Assembly (NCBI RefSeq): GCF_004365815.1
Contig: NZ_SODD01000023.1
Coordinates: 3,022-35,021, forward strand
DNA from: Breznakia blatticola
Lineage (GTDB): Bacteria > Bacillota_I > Bacilli_A > Erysipelotrichales > Erysipelotrichaceae
Length of the DNA stretch: 32,000 nucleotides
Direction of reading: 5' to 3'
The translations under genes were made by a program, and so were the position numbers. How positions within the stretch are numbered: the stretch's first letter is position 1; every line of letters begins with the position of its first letter. The notes beneath the pieces were generated by a model. That model did not search any database. It saw only the letters and a list, made by a program, of their open reading frames with translations, and was not told the origin of the DNA. Below, one piece after another: positions 23,392 through 31,886 of this stretch.

Positions 23392-26202
23392 TTATTGCTT
23401 TGCTGTTTTTCTTTTTTTAAGAATCACGATTGCTCCTAATGAAATCATTAGGCATGCTAACCATGCTGCAGCGTTTGTAACATCACCTGATTGCACATTA
23501 TTTGTTGGTGATGTTTTTGTTGTATTCGAACTTGAATTGTTTGTGTTTTTATCAACATCGATTGATGGGTTTTGTTTAACTTCCCAAACTGCAAATAGTT
23601 CCAATCCGCTTTCTTGATCCCAAGCACTGAATACTTGCTCATCAGAATAAACAACTTTTCCATCTTTTGCAGTTGCCCATCCTTTAAATGTATATCCTGT
23701 TTTTTCAAATGCATTCTTAGTTAATGTTGCTTTTTTATCAAATGTCACAACATCTTGATCCATATTACCTGTAGTTGCTCCATTTCCATCGTATGAAATG
23801 TTGTATGTATTTGCTTTCCATACTGCATGTAGTTGTAAATGATTCGTTAAATCATATGCATCAAATGCATGTTCATCTGTATAAGTAACATCTCCATCTT
23901 CTGAAGTTGCCCAACCAACAAATGTATAACCTTTACACTCATGCGTATTTTTAGTTAATGTAATTGGTTGATTATATGTCGCAACATCTTTGCTCATAGA
24001 ACCGTTAGTTGCCCCATTACCGTGATACGTGATGTCGTAATCGCATACTTCCCAAATCGCATATAATTCTAAACCTGCTTCTTCAGTCCATGCATCAAGA
24101 AGTTCTTCATCTGTATATTCAACTTCTCCATCAGGTTCTAAAGACCACCCAATAAATGTATGACCTGTTTTTTCAAATGCATTTGCTGCAAGTTGCTTTT
24201 CTTGATCATATGTAAGAACTCCCGGTTCCATCGTTCCACTTGTTGCACCATTTCCATCATATGTAATTGTGTATGTGTCTGCACTCCATACTGCAAATAG
24301 CATTAAATTAACTTGACGATCCCACTTTGTGAATGTGTATTCATCAGCGTATACAACATCTCCGTCTTCTGAAGTCGACCATCCTTTAAATGTATATCCT
24401 GTGCGTGTAAATGCATTTGGTGATAATGTAACACTTTGATCGTACACTGCTGGATCGGTTAACATCGTTCCACTTGTTGCACCATTACCATTGTATGTAA
24501 CTGTGTATGTATTCGCTCTCCAAACAGGGTATAAGTCTAGGTTATCCGCAATATTATATGGTGCAAATATGTATGTATCGTTGTATACAACTGCTCCATT
24601 TTCTTGTGTTGCCCATCCTTCAAATTCGTATCCATCTCTTTGATATGCATTTTCTGACAACGTGAATACACTATCAAACGTCACTGTATCAGTATCCATC
24701 TTTCCTGTTGTAGCATTTGTATCATGGTATGTAATTGTGTATTCATTTGCTTCCCATACTGCAAATAAATCAAGACCTTTTTCTTGATTCCATGTATTGA
24801 AGACTTGACCATCTGTATATTCAACATTTCCGTCTGTAGTAGTTGACCAACCTTTGAATGTATAACCAACTTTTTCATACGCATTTGTAGCTAATGTAAC
24901 TTTTTGACCAAAGTTCGCTACTCCATTTGTCATGTTTCCAGATGTTGCACCATTTCCACTATATGTGATTGCATAGTCATCAATTTTCCAAACCGGGTAT
25001 AAATCTAAATCAGCAGTCAAATCAAACATATTGAATTGATGTCCATCTGTATATGTCACATCTTGACTTCTTGGTTTAGTTGCCCATCCTTTGAAACTAT
25101 ATCCTGTTTTCTTATACTGGTTAGTTGCTAAACTGAATGATTTTCCAAATATAGCTTTATCTGTACTCATTGTACCTGATGTAGAACCAGCATTATGATA
25201 ATTCACATCAAATTGCTTTGTTACAATCTTTGCGTTGTTATCAGAAATAATAGATTCCTTAACCATATATCTAGCATCGCTTCCATCCATGTTTCCACCA
25301 ACATTTCCACCTACGTTTCCGCCAACATTTCCACCAACGCTTCCATCAATGTTTCCATCAAAGTTAAATAACGCGGTTACATGCACTTTTGCATTTAGCG
25401 TCTTCAAAAATGCAGAATCTTTCACCTTACCACTGTATGTTACAGTTAGTGTTTCACCTCGTGGGACAGCTTCAAAATCATAGTAATATCCTTGTTCATT
25501 TGCTTTAAAGTTATACATATTCACTTTATGTCCATCAATTTTTAAAATAATTGAATTTGAATCCAAATCAAAATTTTCATCTGTAGGGATGTAAACTTGC
25601 GTTTTGTTTGAATCCCAGTTTCCGACATTCTTAGCGACTAAATTATATGTAACTTGATCACCAACTAAAGTATATTCACTTCTATCAGAAGTCAAATCGC
25701 CATCAAAAACAGGTGTAGTGACAGTTGGCCCCACTATGGTTAAATCACTAATGTTAGAATCACTTGGTTGAACTGCATGGACTGTAAACTGTTTTCCAAT
25801 CACTGCATCTTCTCCAACATACATTTCAATTTCAATATAGTTTACATTTCTTGGAGCTACATATTTTGGTTGATAATAAATCGTGTGAAATTTCTCATCG
25901 TACTCCCATTTATCATCTCCTGTAGTATCAATTGTTGCTTTGCGAATAAACTGTGCTTCCCTTGGTAAAACTATTTTCACTGTATCTAAATATTGAGGTG
26001 TCATCCAATTTCCATTTGATGCTTCATAACGGATGGTGAAATATCCACCAGGTCTTACCAAATCATGATTAATACTTAACTTTGTATACAGGTTGTTATG
26101 ACCTGCACCAGTTTCAGCAGCATGTCCATTTACTTGAATCGCTCCAAAACTAATCACAAACGTTAACATGATTGCAAAAACTTTTTTCATAATTTTATTC
26201 AT
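23392..26202 (-). CDS. Secreted, C-terminally anchored surface protein with seven Listeria-Bacteroides-type (InlB B-repeat/Flg_new-like) repeats
   Basis: Signal peptide MNKIMKKVFAIMLTFVISFGAIQVNGHA. Seven repeats of about 78 aa follow the pattern Y.I.Y.GNGATSG.M....GYTFKGW.T..DG.V.Y.D......LDL.AVW. The C-terminus has a hydrophobic segment and a KKRKTAKQ tail. Confidence 0.85.
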   Translation of the reverse strand: MNKIMKKVFAIMLTFVISFGAIQVNGHAAETGAGHNNLYTKLSINHDLVRPGGYFTIRYEASNGNWMTPQYLDTVKIVLPREAQFIRKATIDTTGDDKWEYDEKFHTIYYQPKYVAPRNVNYIEIEMYVGEDAVIGKQFTVHAVQPSDSNISDLTIVGPTVTTPVFDGDLTSDRSEYTLVGDQVTYNLVAKNVGNWDSNKTQVYIPTDENFDLDSNSIILKIDGHKVNMYNFKANEQGYYYDFEAVPRGETLTVTYSGKVKDSAFLKTLNAKVHVTALFNFDGNIDGSVGGNVGGNVGGNVGGNMDGSDARYMVKESIISDNNAKIVTKQFDVNYHNAGSTSGTMSTDKAIFGKSFSLATNQYKKTGYSFKGWATKPRSQDVTYTDGHQFNMFDLTADLDLYPVWKIDDYAITYSGNGATSGNMTNGVANFGQKVTLATNAYEKVGYTFKGWSTTTDGNVEYTDGQVFNTWNQEKGLDLFAVWEANEYTITYHDTNATTGKMDTDTVTFDSVFTLSENAYQRDGYEFEGWATQENGAVVYNDTYIFAPYNIADNLDLYPVWRANTYTVTYNGNGATSGTMLTDPAVYDQSVTLSPNAFTRTGYTFKGWSTSEDGDVVYADEYTFTKWDRQVNLMLFAVWSADTYTITYDGNGATSGTMEPGVLTYDQEKQLAANAFEKTGHTFIGWSLEPDGEVEYTDEELLDAWTEEAGLELYAIWEVCDYDITYHGNGATNGSMSKDVATYNQPITLTKNTHECKGYTFVGWATSEDGDVTYTDEHAFDAYDLTNHLQLHAVWKANTYNISYDGNGATTGNMDQDVVTFDKKATLTKNAFEKTGYTFKGWATAKDGKVVYSDEQVFSAWDQESGLELFAVWEVKQNPSIDVDKNTNNSSSNTTKTSPTNNVQSGDVTNAAAWLACLMISLGAIVILKKRKTAKQ
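23575..25215 (-). repeat. Seven tandem coding repeats of about 234 nt (78 aa each)
   Basis: Read directly from the translated protein, residues about 330-876. The copies are diverged at both protein and DNA level. Confidence 0.8.
25282..25359 (-). repeat. Tetrapeptide microrepeat (D/G)G(N/S)(I/V/M), about 6.5 imperfect 12-nt units
   Basis: The protein reads DGNIDGSVGGNVGGNVGGNVGGNMDGS. The DNA units (TCCACCAACATT-like on the plus strand) differ at wobble positions. Confidence 0.7.
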
Positions 26203-26291
26203 ACTATCTCTCCTTCTTTTTTACAACACACATAGAATGCATCTCTAAAATTACATCAACTTTCTATACTCCTACCCTCCTTTATTTGGCT

Positions 26292-26309
26292 AAATTACAA
26301 TCGTAATTT
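26292..26309. promoter_or_regulatory. Inverted repeat AAATTAC-AATC-GTAATTT in the surface-protein leader
   Basis: A perfect 7-bp inverted repeat 11 nt downstream of a TATAAT at 26321-26326 (minus). It could be an operator or a 5-prime UTR hairpin. Confidence 0.25.
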
Positions 26310-26420
26310 GAGCTACTTAAATTATAGCTTTCATTAATGTTAGATAAGGAAATCGTCTAGGTTTATATCTAAGGAAATTTTGTATGAAATATGAATGAGT
26401 ATAGGTTTTTTTGTATTCTT

Positions 26421-26469
26421 TAAAAAAAAAAAGAAGCAAAACCCTATACCAGGATAGGTTTGCTTCTCA
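26421..26469 (-). terminator. Strong rho-independent terminator after the LuxR-family gene
   Basis: AGAAGCAAACCUAU...AUAGGGUUUUGCUUCU followed by U11. Confidence 0.8.
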
Positions 26470-26477
26470 TACAGTAT

Positions 26478-29030
26478 TTATGAATCAAGTAAATGTTCCT
26501 CTTTTGCTTTAAGTACAGCATCCATTGCATTATCAACACATAACTTTTTGTATGCTTCACTTAAGTGATATTTTACAGTATGAATGGTAAGTCCTGTCAT
26601 CTGTGCAATCTCTGCATTTTTATACCCTTCACTTAATAGCTGTACCATGTGTTTTTGTTGCTTAGAAAGTTTTAGTTTTGGTGGACGTATATACTGTGTA
26701 ATCCCTTTGTGTTTACTTGCTTTTTCATGTGTTGCAAGAATTACTTTATGTAAGAAATTTGCATCAATTTCTTGATGATGTGTTCCACTATCCACTACAG
26801 TTGCTAAACGTTTCAATACAGGTAGTATTGCACCACCTTCATTGGCAATAATACGAATAAACTCATATGGTTGTAAGATGAGTAATACATCTTCAATTGT
26901 TTCCAATGCTTTTTTACGTTGGCGCAATGCCCATTCAATGGATGCACGCAATACTTTTGCTTCAGCTATATCAAGTGGACGATGAAACTGTGTTGCTAGT
27001 AATTCAAGTCTATCAATGAATTGTAATGCTTGTTCACTTTGTCCTAAAACGATATAGGCTCTAGCTGTCGTAAAATATTGATATATCTTATACAAGTAGA
27101 AATCATCATCAATAATGTAATAATTATCCAACCAACTTTTTGCTACTTCTTGATTTGCATCTTGAAGTTGTACTCTTGCTTTAAATGCTTCAAAGTTTAA
27201 ATAGAATTGTGGATTATTATCCTGAATAATAAATGTCTGAATTTCCTCTATCGTTTGGTTTAGATTTTTTTGGTCATCTAAAGTAGCATATGTAGTTGCT
27301 TTAGTCATTAATAAACAGAAACCCTGTTCTCCGCTTTGTTCACCTTTCTTTGATGATAAGGTTTTATCAATCAGTGCAAGTGATTCATTCAACTTGTTTT
27401 TCTCATATAAGAAGTCTGCTTGTAAAGCATAGAGTATGTTTCTAACAAACGAACCAAATAATGGAGTAATAAACGTAAATATTCTCTGTAAGCTTTTTCC
27501 TTTTGCAAGTTCACTATAGTCTCTAGCTGACCGATAGAAATGAGGAAGTTGCATTGTAACTGTATTCCATTGTAAGTTTTTCTTAAAGTTGATTTTTGCT
27601 AAATGCTTTACCAGTTTTTTTAGAATAGAACCAACACTTTTTCGATAATCAATAAGTGTCATCAAAATAACATCGGATTCAAACTGTGCATGTTCTTTAG
27701 AAATAATTGGTAAGTTTTTTTCAATCATATCCAAACACCATTCACATGTAGTAGCATCTCCTACAATCAAACTATATCCAGCATATTGTGAATATAAATA
27801 TGGATGTTCATCTAGAACAACTCGTAATGACTGTTCTTCTAATAAGCTGCTATACACACTAATGAAGTTTTCTACTGATAAAATATTACTATCTACTGAA
27901 TCGTCTTCATCAATTGCGTAGTTCGTGATATCTATCGTTTCTTTATCTCTACTTTTTATTGCATATTTTCTAGCTAGAAAGATTCGATTTTCTTTTAAAT
28001 AATGAAGTGAGACCACCTTATAAAGATCTTCACTTTTGATATGTTCATGTTTCCTTCGTACATCTGCTAAAAACAGCAGCAACAAAGAGTGATAACTGTA
28101 GGTATCTTTCCCTGTTTTATTCACAAAGAAATTTCCAGTACATAATGCATCAAGAATCTCTTGACTATCTTTTCTATTTGAAAGTAAATTTGCCATTTCC
28201 ACACTAATATCTTCCACGATTGAAGTACGTAGTAAAAACTCTTGTATCTCAGTATCAAAGTTGTCCCATAGTTGTGTCTCAATATAATTTGAAAACACCA
28301 TACCACCATCTGTTGTCGTTGGTTTGGTCAGTCCACTCATAGCTAATGCATTAATTCCAATCGCCCAACCTTCTGTGATTTGTAGAATCTCTTTTGCATC
28401 TTCTAATGTGATTTTATTTCCGTATGTTAAAAACTGCTGATGAATTTCTACTTCTGAAAATGCAAAATCTTTCTTCGTTAACAAATTGACATTATCTTTA
28501 CCTATCTGATCAAGATACTCATGATTTGGTTCATTACTTGTAATAACTACAATCGTAAAACATTTTGGTAAACGTCTTTTCACCATTAAAAATGCTTTGA
28601 GTATTTCTTTGTTAGTTACTAGTTGTGCACGATCTAACACAATTACATACGATGTCCCATTTGGTATAAACGAAGTAATCAATTCAATACTATGTTCAAC
28701 TGGAAGCGTATTAAATGTTGGACTTGCCAGAATTTTAGCCATTGCCTCATTATCCGATTGAAACGAGTAAATCCCCATACACAACAATCGATAAAATGCA
28801 GTCAACGTATTATCATATTCATCCAAGTCTATCCACACATATGGAAACTTACTATATTCTAACCACTGTATTACTGCTGTTGTTTTCCCAAATCCCGATG
28901 GTGCGCAAATATAAATAATGTCTTTATTCGTCCCTATTGTAAGTGTATTTAGTAAGGCATATCTATATGTATAATTCTCATGTAGTTTTGGTGCGATAAA
29001 CTTATCGCTTAAAGCCTGCGAATAATTCAT
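26478..29030 (-). CDS. MalT-like large ATP-binding LuxR-family regulator (STAND NTPase + helical repeats + C-terminal LuxR/GerE HTH)
   Basis: N-terminal P-loop ICAPSGFGKTT, then WIDLDEYDN as in MalT. The C-terminal HTH is LSKQQKHMVQLLSEGYKNAEIAQMTGLTIHTVKYHLSEAYKKL. The start is probably the ATG at 29030 (AAGGGG SD); the track start is 29036. Confidence 0.85.
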   Translation of the reverse strand: MNYSQALSDKFIAPKLHENYTYRYALLNTLTIGTNKDIIYICAPSGFGKTTAVIQWLEYSKFPYVWIDLDEYDNTLTAFYRLLCMGIYSFQSDNEAMAKILASPTFNTLPVEHSIELITSFIPNGTSYVIVLDRAQLVTNKEILKAFLMVKRRLPKCFTIVVITSNEPNHEYLDQIGKDNVNLLTKKDFAFSEVEIHQQFLTYGNKITLEDAKEILQITEGWAIGINALAMSGLTKPTTTDGGMVFSNYIETQLWDNFDTEIQEFLLRTSIVEDISVEMANLLSNRKDSQEILDALCTGNFFVNKTGKDTYSYHSLLLLFLADVRRKHEHIKSEDLYKVVSLHYLKENRIFLARKYAIKSRDKETIDITNYAIDEDDSVDSNILSVENFISVYSSLLEEQSLRVVLDEHPYLYSQYAGYSLIVGDATTCEWCLDMIEKNLPIISKEHAQFESDVILMTLIDYRKSVGSILKKLVKHLAKINFKKNLQWNTVTMQLPHFYRSARDYSELAKGKSLQRIFTFITPLFGSFVRNILYALQADFLYEKNKLNESLALIDKTLSSKKGEQSGEQGFCLLMTKATTYATLDDQKNLNQTIEEIQTFIIQDNNPQFYLNFEAFKARVQLQDANQEVAKSWLDNYYIIDDDFYLYKIYQYFTTARAYIVLGQSEQALQFIDRLELLATQFHRPLDIAEAKVLRASIEWALRQRKKALETIEDVLLILQPYEFIRIIANEGGAILPVLKRLATVVDSGTHHQEIDANFLHKVILATHEKASKHKGITQYIRPPKLKLSKQQKHMVQLLSEGYKNAEIAQMTGLTIHTVKYHLSEAYKKLCVDNAMDAVLKAKEEHLLDS

Positions 29031-29161
29031 TCCCATCCCCCTTTACTCACTTATTGTATATGGTTAAAACTGGAAATACAATCATTTGTAAGTAGTAAAA
29101 TAACACACATTTTGCATCTTAAACCGATAATTGCTTTATTTCGAACGTTCGCCACAATTCA

Positions 29162-29212
29162 AAAGAAAAAGACAGCATCTAGATGCTACGCATCAAATCT
29201 AGATTATCTGTC
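29162..29212 (-). terminator. Rho-independent terminator downstream of the helicase/mini-ORF unit
   Basis: AGACAG..AUCUAGAU...AUCUAGAU.CUGUCU followed by UUUUUCUUUU. Confidence 0.7.
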
Positions 29213-29258
29213 TAATCATTCTTTTACTAAATAATAACCTATCTAGTTGCAATCATAT

Positions 29259-29399
29259 TTAAAATGGTAAATCATCTTCATCATGCATAAATTCGTCCTC
29301 TTTGAATTCATTTTCAATTTCAGTTGCTAAACCAATAAAATCGACTTTTGGATGCACTTTATGAAAAACTGCTACAAGATGAGGACAATTTCCATTCAT
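29259..29399 (-). CDS. Possible 46-aa ORF ending in an SSB-like acidic tail (DEDDLPF)
   Basis: Below the track size cutoff. My translation is MNGNCPHLVAVFHKVHPKVDFIGLATEIENEFKEDEFMHDEDDLPF*. The SD is weak (GGTG). It lies between the helicase gene and a terminator. Confidence 0.3.
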   Translation of the reverse strand: MNGNCPHLVAVFHKVHPKVDFIGLATEIENEFKEDEFMHDEDDLPF

Positions 29400-29573
29400 T
29401 TGTACACACCAAATTACATTAATATGTATGCGGATAAAATGTTATTCACATTCTTCATTCGTTTTTATCATATTCATCATTTATTATATTATGGTTCAAA
29501 CTTTTTTCGATAGCCTCATATTGTAGACTAGTTTCTACTAATCAAACACTTCTAAGAAACTTTCTTAAAATTA

Positions 29574-31886
29574 CTATTTTAACAAAGTTTTATCCAAAGT
29601 TTCACTATATACAACCATGTCTTTTGCAGTTACTTTATCTGCAATTCTTAAAACTACACTATCTTTTTTCTCATCAGTTAAAAACATTACATCACCATAC
29701 CAAAGCACTTCACGATCAATTACAACAAACTGATTGAGTTCTGTATCTATTGTTGATAATGCAATACCTTTACTAGTAATGTTTTTATATAATCTACTTA
29801 TGTTACTTTTCATAGTAGTTTTATATGCATCTTTACGCTGAGTGATTATTGATACCTTGCATCCCCTGTTCATTGGGGTAATCAATATATCTAGTAAGTT
29901 CTCAATTCTCTTCTTTGACATTTTTGTGCTGCTAATGATAATCTCATACTTCGCATTTTTTATGTCATTGCTCAACTCCTCAAAATATGAAGCTGCATCA
30001 TGAATGATTTGTACACCATGTCTATCCTCTTTATTAGGTGTATATACACTGTACCCAAGTTTCTTATATGTTCTTAATCGTTTTGCATACATTCTTTCAA
30101 GCATTGGCACGTATAAATCTACATAATCGTATATAATCAAATCTTGTTTATTCTCATATTCTCTATGAAGTCGACCTACATACTGTGCTACGCTTCCCTC
30201 CCAAGCAAAAGGCACGGTCATAAATAATGTGTCCAATCTTTTAAGATCAAACCCCTCGCCCGCAGCTGAAGCAATTGCAACCAAAACTAGAGGTTCTGAT
30301 GGATTAATTTCGTACATTTCTTCCAGTTGTTGTATCTGTTCTTTTGATTTATATCCTCCTCTTAAATAATATACATTTTTATACATTCCCTTTAATTGTG
30401 AAACTATATATTCTGCATGTTCTTTTATTTTGGTTAGTACAAAAGGTGTTCTCCCAGCCTCAATGGAACGTATAATATCCTTAATAATTAAATTATTTCT
30501 TTCTGCATCCTTGACTATTTCAACGACTTCGACTGAAGGGTTATTCCCCTTATCTACACTTACGTATCTTGTAAATCGTGGAAAGACACTATATGTCATC
30601 CCCAAAGATATGGCACGTTCTTTTGCAGTGTATTCATAACGTATTGGTCCTAATTGAAAGAAGTACTTCTTTTCTTGTTGATCTTGACGTTTAGGCGTAG
30701 CAGTGAATCCATATATTCTTTTTGCATTCAATGTGCTTATCACTTCTAAAAAAGATTGTGCTGCAAAGTGATGACATTCATCAATTAATACCATTCCATA
30801 GTTTTTTATCAACTTGAGTTTTTCTTCATCTGTTGTGATAGATTTAATACTCACTATATCAATAACTCCATTTAAGGTGTTTTTTCCAAAGCCCATTGAA
30901 CCAACAGTTGCTGGTTCATTATCAACTTTTAGAAACATTGGAATTTCTTTCTGCCACCTTTTCATAATTTCATTATTGTGAACTAGAATAAGTGTATTAA
31001 CATTATATTTTGCAATCAAGTAAATACCAACAATAGTCTTACCATAACCCGTTGCTGCCACCAATACTCCGTAATTGTGCTTAGTTAGAACATGAACACC
31101 CTTTTCTTGATTATCTCTTAAATTGCCAACAAACTTGGTGTTAATCTTATTACCAACAAATCTTTTATCTTCAATGTTAAATTCTATCTCTTGAGTTTGC
31201 ATGAATTCCTTTAAAATATCAAAACATCCTCTAGGTAAACATAAATATCCATTTCTCACATCAAAACAAGAGATAATTCGATTAATATTTTTAATATAAG
31301 CATTCGCTCTTAATTTTTGATAAAACGTTGGATTTTTGAAACTTGCTAATCTCGAAATATAATTGTATGCTCTTGGGCTCAAATCACTTTCACATATATA
31401 TATCTTATCAGAGATAATAATATTTAATGGTTGTACTACATCTGACTTATTTAACTGTATTTCATCTTCCCAGGGTTTTGAAATACATACTTGTTCAACA
31501 TCGCAATCATTTACTGCATTCAAAGAACCAAGAGCATTGTTATTACAAAACGATAGTAGAAATTGTATTTGACTTTCACTTACACGTTTTACACTATGCA
31601 ATACTTCTAGTTGATTTATATAAGGTTTAAAGGAATCATCAACGAAGAGAGTCGTTTCCTTTTTTATTGATGAGCTCTCCCAAGGAAGCGCAATCAAATT
31701 TCCAAACCCATCCACAGTTACTTGTGTTTGCTGTGGTAACATTCGATCGTATGATGATAGAGAACTTAACTTCAATCGAGCTGTAGTTAGTGTCATCAAA
31801 GTATCTCCGAATCTCTTTGCAAGTGTAATTGGGTAATCATTATCAAAAAAAATCCACAAATGAACACCATTTCCAGATTGTGACAT
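29574..31886 (-). CDS. Primase-polymerase(AEP)-like N-terminal remnant + SF2 DEAD/DEAH-type helicase + degenerate PLD-like C-terminal domain
   Basis: GNGVHLWIFF and YDRMLP..GFGNLIALPW resemble AEP motifs II and III. Helicase motifs are AATGYGKT (I), DECHH (II), TATP (III) and QYVGRLHR (VI). The C-terminal approximately 150 aa look PLD-fold-like, but HxK is replaced (ELNQFVVID). There is no SD before the ATG. Confidence 0.75.
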   Translation of the reverse strand: MSQSGNGVHLWIFFDNDYPITLAKRFGDTLMTLTTARLKLSSLSSYDRMLPQQTQVTVDGFGNLIALPWESSSIKKETTLFVDDSFKPYINQLEVLHSVKRVSESQIQFLLSFCNNNALGSLNAVNDCDVEQVCISKPWEDEIQLNKSDVVQPLNIIISDKIYICESDLSPRAYNYISRLASFKNPTFYQKLRANAYIKNINRIISCFDVRNGYLCLPRGCFDILKEFMQTQEIEFNIEDKRFVGNKINTKFVGNLRDNQEKGVHVLTKHNYGVLVAATGYGKTIVGIYLIAKYNVNTLILVHNNEIMKRWQKEIPMFLKVDNEPATVGSMGFGKNTLNGVIDIVSIKSITTDEEKLKLIKNYGMVLIDECHHFAAQSFLEVISTLNAKRIYGFTATPKRQDQQEKKYFFQLGPIRYEYTAKERAISLGMTYSVFPRFTRYVSVDKGNNPSVEVVEIVKDAERNNLIIKDIIRSIEAGRTPFVLTKIKEHAEYIVSQLKGMYKNVYYLRGGYKSKEQIQQLEEMYEINPSEPLVLVAIASAAGEGFDLKRLDTLFMTVPFAWEGSVAQYVGRLHREYENKQDLIIYDYVDLYVPMLERMYAKRLRTYKKLGYSVYTPNKEDRHGVQIIHDAASYFEELSNDIKNAKYEIIISSTKMSKKRIENLLDILITPMNRGCKVSIITQRKDAYKTTMKSNISRLYKNITSKGIALSTIDTELNQFVVIDREVLWYGDVMFLTDEKKDSVVLRIADKVTAKDMVVYSETLDKTLLK

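Noticed and set aside
25282-25359. Short regular repeats that might suggest a CRISPR or phase-variable tract
   Set aside because: The units are 12 nt, contiguous, in-frame and coding (GGNV). They have no spacers and imperfect identity, so this is a coding microrepeat and not a CRISPR array or a homopolymeric switch.
29142-29151. Perfect 10-bp palindrome CGAACGTTCG upstream of the LuxR-family gene as an operator
   Set aside because: It is short, occurs only once, and similar TCGAA-containing strings occur elsewhere (15320-15345). This is not enough to call a binding site.
11463-31630. Remaining short track ORFs nested in long genes (for example 12053-12418, 13192-13479, 15393-15734, 16176-16466, 17081-17335, 18761-19069, 22770-23033, 23457-23714, 25235-25483, 28121-28309 and 31363-31630)
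   Set aside because: Each lies inside a longer ORF with clear family motifs. There is no independent support.
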